In this document: in pieces, positions 57,083-64,000 of the stretch
Layout: each line of letters starts with the position of its first letter
How positions within the stretch are numbered: position 1 is the stretch's first letter
Origin: a virus
Taxonomy: Duplodnaviria; Caudoviricetes
DNA length: 64,000 nucleotides
Reading direction: 5' to 3' (one strand)
IMG/VR virus record: IMGVR_UViG_2816332320_000003
Span: 99,173-163,172 of that record
Notes under the pieces: model-generated
The model's input: only the letters and a program-made list of their open reading frames with translations
What the model was told of the DNA's origin: nothing
The model's database searches: none
Made by a program: the position numbers and the translations under genes

Positions 57083-57841
57083 ATGATTGTTCAACATTAT
57101 ATAACTGTCAATAAATTTTCCAGACCAGCCATTAAACTAAAGTCTGTTCGAGGCATAGTCATGCACTACACAGCTTCTCCTTCTGCCCCTGCAATCAATA
57201 TTGTTAAATATTTTGATAGTCTTAAGTATCAGAAAGATACTTCTGATGCAAGGTTTGCTTCAGCACACTATTCAGTTGATGATTACAATACATATCAAGC
57301 GATACCAGATGACGAAATGGCTTATCACTGTGGTTCAAAAGATTATACATCAGAAGCACTGAATCGTCTGGGCAGTTATCCAAACAACTGCACAATTGGG
57401 ATTGAGATGTGTATCGACAAGAATGGAAACATTACAGAGAAAACTTTTCAAAAGGCAGCAGCATTGGTAGTAATACTTTGTAAGAAGTTTGGGCTGACTG
57501 AGAAAGACATTTGGACACATCACGGAGTTGTTGGATGGAAGCGATGCCCATTGCCTTGGGTTAACAATCCTTCTGAGTTTGAACGCTTCAAAACCCTAGT
57601 GAAACAATTACTCAACAACAAAGTTGAAAATAAGCCTGACCAATCAAAGGAGGATAAATTTATGCAATTCATTATGTCTGAGCAAGGCAAACAGTACGCA
57701 AAGGGAGCTATTGATAGCTTGGCAAAGAAAGGACATTTGAAAGATCCTGACATCTGGGTAAAACGTGTTGATGACGGTACTATTTATCAGGAATTGCCTT
57801 GGCTAACTCTGCTGTTACTTGATCGAGTCTCTAATAAATAA
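57083..57841 (+). CDS. N-acetylmuramoyl-L-alanine amidase endolysin (Amidase_2)
   Basis: IVMHYT, SAHY.VD, AYHCG, IGIEMC and H...KRCP motifs. Confidence 0.92.
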   Translation: MIVQHYITVNKFSRPAIKLKSVRGIVMHYTASPSAPAINIVKYFDSLKYQKDTSDARFASAHYSVDDYNTYQAIPDDEMAYHCGSKDYTSEALNRLGSYPNNCTIGIEMCIDKNGNITEKTFQKAAALVVILCKKFGLTEKDIWTHHGVVGWKRCPLPWVNNPSEFERFKTLVKQLLNNKVENKPDQSKEDKFMQFIMSEQGKQYAKGAIDSLAKKGHLKDPDIWVKRVDDGTIYQELPWLTLLLLDRVSNK

Positions 57842-57947
57842 AATTATACAATAAAATATCACTTTTATTCGAAAAGCACGACTTAAAAACCCTTATGTAC
57901 CAAGGGTTTCACGATTCGTAAAATTTATAAAATGGAGGAATTTAATC

Positions 57948-58259
57948 ATGGATACAATTTTGGGTCAATTCACATTGGAGGCTATTCTTTCGATTCTAAC
58001 CCTTGTAGGAATATGGGCTGTAATTACGTTCGTACCTCTTATTAAAAATAAAATTAAGCGTGAGTCTGCTGATCGTGCGGTTCGATTTGTTGAGGATGCG
58101 TTTGCAGATATTAAGGGCAGTGAAAAATACAATCAGGCAGCAAAATGGTTCGTTGATCGTCTAGCTAAATGGCATATTAAAGTAACAGAAGACGAAGTAA
58201 AGGGACTTATTGAGTCGGCTTTGGTTCGCATGAAAAAAGAATATGAAAAGCAATGGTAA
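57948..58259 (+). CDS. LL-H-type holin
   Basis: One TM segment; AVRFVE...G.EKY..A...I.V.E.E...LIESA. Confidence 0.8.
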   Translation: MDTILGQFTLEAILSILTLVGIWAVITFVPLIKNKIKRESADRAVRFVEDAFADIKGSEKYNQAAKWFVDRLAKWHIKVTEDEVKGLIESALVRMKKEYEKQW

Positions 58260-58262
58260 TTT

Positions 58263-58296
58263 AATACCCCCTAGAATTTTCTAGGGGGTATTTTTT
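58263..58296 (+). terminator. terminator ending the late operon
   Basis: AATACCCCCTAG / CTAGGGGGTATT stem followed by a T tract. Confidence 0.8.
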
Positions 58297-58506
58297 CTCA
58301 TTTTTAGGCGACAACGTTGACTGCTTGGCACATTCTGGATAAGCTTATTTGAGCAACAATTTCTCCTGCTAACTCCCTCGTAGAGAACACCTACAATACG
58401 GGGGAGTTTGTTCTGTTAATCCTCCTCTATCCAGACAGAAGAACATGCAAAAAAGAAGACTATCCCAAATTCAAGAAAATGACTGAGGAATAGTCTTCTT
58501 TTGCTT

Positions 58507-59373
58507 TTATTCTTTTTCTTCTACCTTTTCAACAACCCAATCGCCCTCACCATCTTTTTCACGATTTGATGATGCCTTGTTGTTTTTATTGTTTTTGGAA
58601 CTGTCTTCTTTACCAAAATAAACAACTACTTTTTCACCCTTAGCGCGCTGGAGCAATAAGAGTGCCTTTTTTTCATTCTCATGCACCAATATCAAAGGAA
58701 CACTATCGCCACCCTTTTTGGGGAATTCTACTGACTGGATAAATAATGAGGTAACATCTCTAGAGGTTAAAGAACCCGGAGGTTGCTCTTTTAGTGATTC
58801 ATATTGAGAACTATCACATACAATCCACTCGTCTTTATTTAAATTGTGTGCTTCCATGATGTCATCCCAAGTATTTTCTAACTGCTCTTGATATTCTGTT
58901 GAACGTAAATGTTGAATGTCACCCTTTTTGGAACTTGATTCTTCAGCACTCTCTGGCGCAAATGCTTCCTCACCCTTTTTAAGTTTATCCTCACTGAACT
59001 CCTTTGCATAATCTCCATTATTATCTTCAATTCGATGTACAGCATTTACCTCCCAATTACTACTTCTTTTCTTATTTGGATGGTCTTCTGTGATCGATAC
59101 CCTAAAACCATTTCTTGAGTTGGATGCCTTATCTAAATATTCACCATCTCGGAAAACTTCATAATAAACCTTTACAGATTTAACATCTCCCTCGCCTCGT
59201 GTATATCCAAACACATCTGTAACTGAATCAAGAGGATCACCATCGTAAACATCTATGCCATAAGAATCGAACCAAACATCTTCTGAATACGCACTTGCAA
59301 AATTAGAAAGTCCAATAATCCCAAGGAGGGTCGTAGTTGCTAAAGATGCAGTTACAATTTTTTTGACTTTCAT
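58507..59373 (-). CDS. secreted hypothetical protein (moron)
   Basis: Sec signal MKVKKIVTASLATTTLLGIIGLSNFASA; opposite orientation with its own terminator hairpin near 58451-58501. Confidence 0.7.
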   Translation of the reverse strand: MKVKKIVTASLATTTLLGIIGLSNFASAYSEDVWFDSYGIDVYDGDPLDSVTDVFGYTRGEGDVKSVKVYYEVFRDGEYLDKASNSRNGFRVSITEDHPNKKRSSNWEVNAVHRIEDNNGDYAKEFSEDKLKKGEEAFAPESAEESSSKKGDIQHLRSTEYQEQLENTWDDIMEAHNLNKDEWIVCDSSQYESLKEQPPGSLTSRDVTSLFIQSVEFPKKGGDSVPLILVHENEKKALLLLQRAKGEKVVVYFGKEDSSKNNKNNKASSNREKDGEGDWVVEKVEEKE

Positions 59374-60029
59374 CCTTACCATTCCTTTCCATTGTGAATC
59401 ATTATATTTGTTATGACGTATTGGTTGTTTTTACGTTTCACTGGGATTAGCTCAATTCACAATAACTTTCCCTCCTGATTCACCCATATTTTTCCATACA
59501 AATAAAACGTAGCACATATTTTAATTGTTGTCTATATTTACCAAATGTGTTTTTATCCCTCGGAAAGATCATCTAAATACGATGAAGTCTTTTGAATATA
59601 TCTATGGATATTGGTCGCTATTTAAATATCTAGCTGCATTTTCGCAAACCCATATTGATACTACAAAATACTCGATGATTATAAAAAAGTGCAGATAGGT
59701 GTATATATAAACCTCTGCACTACCATCATTTTTTTAGTGATTATCACTGATCAATCCTATCTGGAACGCTCAACGATGTCGGTACCCGACAACTCAAAAA
59801 TGGCATTCAATATTATCCTGAGAAATACTCAAGTTATTTAGTTCAAGATACTGTCTTATAATCCACTTTCTTGTTGAATCATTTACCTCACCTACTCCCC
59901 TGTGATGAATTCATTATACAGAAAAAAGCTCATTTAATAATGAGGAAGCAGTACCTTTGGTGTAGCTATGAGGCTTTTCAGTAACCTCATAAAATTGAGG
60001 GGGTTTATTTAAGTTAGGTTTCAGGGTAA

Positions 60030-60242
60030 TTAATCTATACGCCTGTAAACAAAAATATCTTCTATGGTGTAAACTTTGCCCAGTTTATATTCAACTAACA
60101 ACGTATTTAATGTATGAAGTATCTTCTTGATAGTATCAAATTCGATACGCTTTGTTGTTCCTTTATACAAAGCACCTACTGTATGAGGTCTAACTTTCGC
60201 TTTAATTGCAACTTCGTTTCTACTAACTCTCATTTCATTCAA
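60030..60242 (-). CDS. Cro/XRE (HTH_26-like) regulator divergent from agr-like operon; 5' end anomalous
   Basis: RNEVAIKAKVRPHTVGALYKGTTKRIEFDTI..I...LN...IEDIF. Confidence 0.7.
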   Translation of the reverse strand: MNEMRVSRNEVAIKAKVRPHTVGALYKGTTKRIEFDTIKKILHTLNTLLVEYKLGKVYTIEDIFVYRRID

Positions 60243-60432
60243 AGTGGTGTCGAACGTAAATTAGATACTCCATCCATATGTTATCTTCCTTTACTCTAAT
60301 TTTAATGATAATAATAGCATGTGCCATGACGTATACTCTGGGTATTTTAAAATAGAAACTTGCACCTCCCAATATATATACATAATGGTACAATCAACAT
60401 AGAATACTAATTTTAGAGAATGGGGAAGAAAA

Positions 60433-61128
60433 ATGGAATTTATCCTATTTACTTTGTTTTCTTCATTAGAGTATTTGGCAATGTTTGTTTTTATCTTTAC
60501 TTGGTTCAATTTCCCAATAAGAGAATACAAGGGGCAGATATTTTTTGTTATCGTTTGTCTAAACCTGGCATCACACATATTTAGATATGGCATAGGAATT
60601 GACGAGTATTGGTGGGGAATGTTCGTTGCAATCTTTGTGCAAAATCTATTTCTAATGCTTGGTTTTAGATACGTGTGGAATATTCAATGGTTCTATGCTG
60701 GCATCGTTACATTATTTCCTTGGACAACGTACACATTAATTCAGGCATTAATATTCATAGTTTTGCAAAAGTTTGGTACGCTGAACTATCTTGCTGACCT
60801 TCAAAGTTCTTCAGGTTCAGGTATTTCAGTAATAGGATTTGTATTACAAACTATTACAGCCATTGTCATTTTGATTTTATGTAGGCTGATTCGTAAATTT
60901 GAGCTATGGTTTGAATTTGTGCCTGAATCCCCCAGACCAGTTTGGAACCTTAAAGAGAACAGATGGCTATTCGTAGCACAAGTTTTGTCAGTTGCCATTA
61001 CTGTAATCTTTTTATATGTGTTCAATAAAACACCTGTGTTGCAGTATCTGATCCTTGTGTTTTATGCTGTAGTCATTTTTGTAATCTATTATCTGTGCAG
61101 AAAGAGGAATTTAATTGAGTTTGATTGA
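60433..61128 (+). CDS. polytopic membrane protein resembling AgrC sensor domain, no kinase domain
   Basis: About 7 hydrophobic segments, 231 aa, overlaps the agrB start. Confidence 0.7.
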   Translation: MEFILFTLFSSLEYLAMFVFIFTWFNFPIREYKGQIFFVIVCLNLASHIFRYGIGIDEYWWGMFVAIFVQNLFLMLGFRYVWNIQWFYAGIVTLFPWTTYTLIQALIFIVLQKFGTLNYLADLQSSSGSGISVIGFVLQTITAIVILILCRLIRKFELWFEFVPESPRPVWNLKENRWLFVAQVLSVAITVIFLYVFNKTPVLQYLILVFYAVVIFVIYYLCRKRNLIEFD

Positions 61129-61660
61129 AAATGCAGCAGAAAAACTTGCTCGGTCAATAAAAGAAGCAAACCCACACGATACGAAAAGTGTAGAGGTAAT
61201 GAAGTTTTCGTTAATTGCAGTAATTGGAACTGGATCAGCAGTGGCTATTTCCATGGTTTTATCTGCCCTATTAGGAACATTAACAGAAACGCTTGTAACT
61301 ATTTTAGCCTTTGTATTACTTAGATCATTTTCAGGTGGATTTCATTTTAAGACAGCAGAAGCGTGTACAATTACAAGCATTGTTGGATCTGTAGTATTGC
61401 CATTAATTCCAATTAGCCAGCACATGGGAAATACACTAATGGTGTTAACTTTGATAATTTTGACTTGGTTAGCACCAATTGGAATGAATCAGTCTAGGAT
61501 TTTCGATGTGAAGCACTATCCATATCTTAAAATTCTATGCATCCTAATCGTTGCTTCGAATTTCCTTTGGATGTCAGATATTTTAACTAAAGCATTTTTT
61601 GTACAAGCGGTGACCCTACTCATCCTGAAGGGAGGTGAATTGAATGAGAAAGCTCAATAA
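61115..61660 (+). CDS. agrB: AgrB-family peptide-processing membrane protease
   Basis: LRSFSGGFHFKTAEAC (catalytic His/Cys); LAP motif; multiple TM segments. Confidence 0.9.
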   Translation: MSLIENAAEKLARSIKEANPHDTKSVEVMKFSLIAVIGTGSAVAISMVLSALLGTLTETLVTILAFVLLRSFSGGFHFKTAEACTITSIVGSVVLPLIPISQHMGNTLMVLTLIILTWLAPIGMNQSRIFDVKHYPYLKILCILIVASNFLWMSDILTKAFFVQAVTLLILKGGELNEKAQ

Positions 61661-61784
61661 AGCTACTATGGCATACTATGCCTCTAAAGCACTCGCTGCT
61701 CTTGCAATCCTAATTGTAACTCCATTTTCGGCATCATTAGTACACCAACCTGAAGTACCAAAAGAGCTACTTAAGAAACAATAA
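61644..61784 (+). CDS. agrD: AgrD-like cyclic lactone autoinducer propeptide (46 aa, not in ORF track)
   Basis: RBS GGGAGGTG; MRKLNKATMAYYASKALAALAILIVTPF-SASLV-HQPEVPKELLKKQ. Confidence 0.85.
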   Translation: MRKLNKATMAYYASKALAALAILIVTPFSASLVHQPEVPKELLKKQ

Positions 61785-61797
61785 GAGGAGACTTACA

Positions 61798-62166
61798 ATG
61801 TTCAAACACCTTGCTGTTAGTGTGGGAGAAGGAGGAAAAAGATACAAAGTTATCGATCTAAATGATGTATACATGATTAAGAAAGTAAATGCTACAGATA
61901 AAAGGATACTCCACTTCCACACTACAGACGGGGAGTATGCTACAATAACAGATGCAGATATCATGCTTGATGCTATTAGAGCATCATATGACAACGATGA
62001 CTTTGTGTTGAGCGAGAAAGGGATACTTGTTAATTCTCGATACGTTGAAGGATTTGACTCAAAAGATAGAATTATTTATTTTGGCAATGGAGAGCGAACT
62101 ACAGCATCACTTTCAAAGAAGAAAAGTATAGAAAACAAATTAGATGAATTAAGAAGAGGTACATGA
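61798..62166 (+). CDS. stand-alone LytTR-domain protein
   Basis: IDLNDVYMI..FHTTDGEY..F...KGILVN...V.GFD; no receiver domain. Confidence 0.7.
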   Translation: MFKHLAVSVGEGGKRYKVIDLNDVYMIKKVNATDKRILHFHTTDGEYATITDADIMLDAIRASYDNDDFVLSEKGILVNSRYVEGFDSKDRIIYFGNGERTTASLSKKKSIENKLDELRRGT

Positions 62167-62335
62167 TTAAGACATGTACCTCCTACCATAAATATATTAA
62201 GATGTCAACGTTTGATTTTGTGCATTTTCTAGTAGTTACCGATCTGGAAATAATATGATATTCTTATGTCAAGAACAAAACACATATGCAATTTGTTGTT
62301 GACAAAATATTAGAGGTCGGATAACGGAGGAGGTT

Positions 62336-62665
62336 ATGGTGAAAGTTCCTGTAATTAATTCAGATGGCTCACAAATTCATTGGATTGATATTAAAGATAT
62401 TAACAATGTCCAACGTCAAAAAAATGATATTGTGGTGCACACGAGCAATGGGACTTTCTATCAAATTACCGCGCTGGATGATTGGATACTGTTATTGGGA
62501 TCTACATTTATTCGAATCGATTCTGGAATACTGGTAAGAAAAGATGCCATTAAAGAATTCGATTCGAAACTTCAAGTTGTCCTTCTCAATGATGGCAGCA
62601 TGTTAAGTGTTGCGAGACAAAGAATTCCATTAGTTAAGAAAGCGATAGAAGAGACTAAATGCTAA
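62336..62665 (+). CDS. stand-alone LytTR-domain protein
   Basis: IDIKDI..V..VHTSNG..FIRIDSG.LV...I.EFD..L.DG..LSVARQR. Confidence 0.8.
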   Translation: MVKVPVINSDGSQIHWIDIKDINNVQRQKNDIVVHTSNGTFYQITALDDWILLLGSTFIRIDSGILVRKDAIKEFDSKLQVVLLNDGSMLSVARQRIPLVKKAIEETKC

Positions 62666-62767
62666 ATGAAAATTGTCTTTATAAATGTAAACGGCATCCC
62701 TATCCATCCGCCAAGATAACTAGGAATGCCGATCCCCAAAATAGAAATTCTGGAGGTCTGACTATTT

Positions 62768-63199
62768 ATGACTATTGCTAGTTTAACCCATCATTTTTAC
62801 GATGTAAAGTCCCCCACTAGCGTTTTTGGTGAGTTTATTTTAAACATTTCTTTAAATGCAGAGAGTTATCAAGAGGCACGTTTTAAATTGAACAACAATA
62901 ATTTACACCTCTCGACAATTACAGTTCGCACATTAGATGGCAATGAGTATGTTTTAAATATATGTGGTTTCGACATAAAGTGGTACGCCCATGATTCTGG
63001 TAAAACATATGGTAGACTCAAATTGAATGTCAGTTTTGATTTGGCAGTACGGAAAGAAGATGCCTTGTATGCAGCGAGCTTGCTGCTTATGGATTTGTAT
63101 ATTGTAATGGAGGATAAAATTATACTACAAAAAGCAAATCATGAAATGATTAGTGTAGAATTACACGATTTCTCTCTTGATTGGACTTGCACAAACTAA
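62768..63199 (+). CDS. hypothetical protein
   Basis: 143 aa, RBS GGAGG. Confidence 0.6.
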   Translation: MTIASLTHHFYDVKSPTSVFGEFILNISLNAESYQEARFKLNNNNLHLSTITVRTLDGNEYVLNICGFDIKWYAHDSGKTYGRLKLNVSFDLAVRKEDALYAASLLLMDLYIVMEDKIILQKANHEMISVELHDFSLDWTCTN

Positions 63200-63325
63200 A
63201 TCAAAAAAATAGGAATCACTCTATGACATCCTTCATGGGGGTGTTTCTTATTTTTTTGATTGTGTAAAACGGCATAGTATTAGGAAGAAGGATTTAAAAT
63301 TAAAAACACCTTCTCAGCGAAGGTG

Positions 63326-64000
63326 TTAAAATTCAAATCTCTGCTCTTTTTTATGAAATACCCAAAACAGTAGGATATAACATAACAACATACCCACACA
63401 ATTAATCAATAAGTATACCCCACCTGATAAACCTGCATAACGCATTACTAGTAAAAACACTACACTCATGATCATTCCTAGAAGCATTAATTTGTTGTCA
63501 CGTTGTTTCAAGTTTATTTGTTTAGTCCTCTGCGGAACAAAAGACCATCCATAGTTTAAGTATTTTGCAATTAAAGCAAGCATTGTGTAAATAGTTGCAG
63601 TGAATAACTGAAGCATATACGCCCAAAATGTAATTGTTCCATCTGCTCCTACGTCATCAGCCAAGTTAAAGAGTGAAAAACTGTCAAGTATATAAAAGAT
63701 TATCCCTTGTACAACTAAAAATCCAATACTTGGTATTAACGCCATCGAAGCAGCATAGAACCAATGAATTCTCATTATTAATACGATACACGAAATCAAA
63801 AGGATAACTTGGAGGAATACTGCGTAACTCCCTATTTGAGCAGAAAATCTTGAGAAGTAAGAAACTAGATTAAGTATTATCGCTATGAAAATGAATGGTG
63901 GCAGGTTCTCTTTAAATGAGAGACGAAACAATACAGATAGCATGTACAAGATGGATAGATATTCTAGGGATGAAAAGAACAGGAATTTGACTATATCCAT
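63326..64000 (-). CDS. second membrane-only AgrC-sensor-like protein, paralogue of 60433-61128
   Basis: Shares FSSLEYL, LNL.S...R, WFYA, Q..I and FVP motifs. ATG is at the window edge. Confidence 0.75.
   Translation of the reverse strand: MDIVKFLFFSSLEYLSILYMLSVLFRLSFKENLPPFIFIAIILNLVSYFSRFSAQIGSYAVFLQVILLISCIVLIMRIHWFYAASMALIPSIGFLVVQGIIFYILDSFSLFNLADDVGADGTITFWAYMLQLFTATIYTMLALIAKYLNYGWSFVPQRTKQINLKQRDNKLMLLGMIMSVVFLLVMRYAGLSGGVYLLINCVGMLLCYILLFWVFHKKEQRFEF

Larger units (their letters stand above)
1..64000. mobile_element. SPbeta-like temperate phage/prophage segment (early genes, YonO late module, morphogenesis, lysis, accessory region)
   Basis: The gene order RNAP-HU-YonK/J-like-terminase-portal-protease-capsid-tail-recombinase-TMP-Dit-Tal-amidase-holin matches the SPbeta yon/yom order. 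No host housekeeping genes are present. Confidence 0.93.

Noticed and set aside
13730-57753. Numerous 60-200 aa ORFs antisense to or nested in the long late genes (e.g. 13903-14379, 16093-16488, 43895-44500)
   Set aside because: These are shadow frames of well-supported genes, with no RBS or recognisable motifs.
59690-59890. Possible decayed gene after a strong RBS (GGGAGTAGGTGAGG)
   Set aside because: The reading frame stops after 8 codons and the other frames are interrupted; the identity cannot be assigned.
60291-60593. 100-aa minus-strand ORF overlapping the receptor gene
   Set aside because: It is an antisense shadow spanning the divergent promoter region.
58300-64000. Arbitrium (aimR/aimP) or Rap-Phr system; LytTR direct-repeat boxes
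   Set aside because: No TPR-type receptor ORF is present, and I could not find convincing paired direct repeats upstream of the agr-like genes by eye.
1-64000. tRNA or rRNA genes
   Set aside because: No cloverleaf or T-loop signatures and no rRNA-like segments were noticed in intergenic regions; a tRNAscan-SE run would be decisive.

Overview
This is an AT-rich segment of a large temperate SPbeta-like (Spbetavirus-type) siphophage or prophage of a Bacillota host. The HU sequence suggests Paenibacillaceae such as Brevibacillus (inference). Family names come from motifs and recalled SPbeta synteny; no database search was run. 1-12.7 kb is a leftward early/accessory region. It holds many short genes separated by a recurring 18-bp ATNAAA-N6-TTTNAT element, a hairpin cluster, a YonV-like helicase broken by a GIY-YIG domain, type I and type II toxin-antitoxin-like modules, a dif-like site and a YopP-like tyrosine recombinase. 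12.8-58.3 kb is the rightward late region: YonO-type single-subunit RNA polymerase, an HU with an elongated arm, a metallophosphoesterase, terminase, portal, capsid and tail genes, a YomM-like recombinase, tape measure, a split distal tail protein, a Tal ending in a spike-like tip plus a PAAR protein, a regulatory moron, carbohydrate-binding tail proteins and lysis genes. 58.5-64 kb is accessory and carries the most notable system: a phage-borne agr-like peptide signalling cassette. It comprises a membrane-only receptor, AgrB, an unannotated 46-aa Ser-type AgrD, two stand-alone LytTR proteins and a second membrane-only receptor, with no histidine kinase or receiver domain in the window. No tRNA, rRNA or CRISPR array was recognised.
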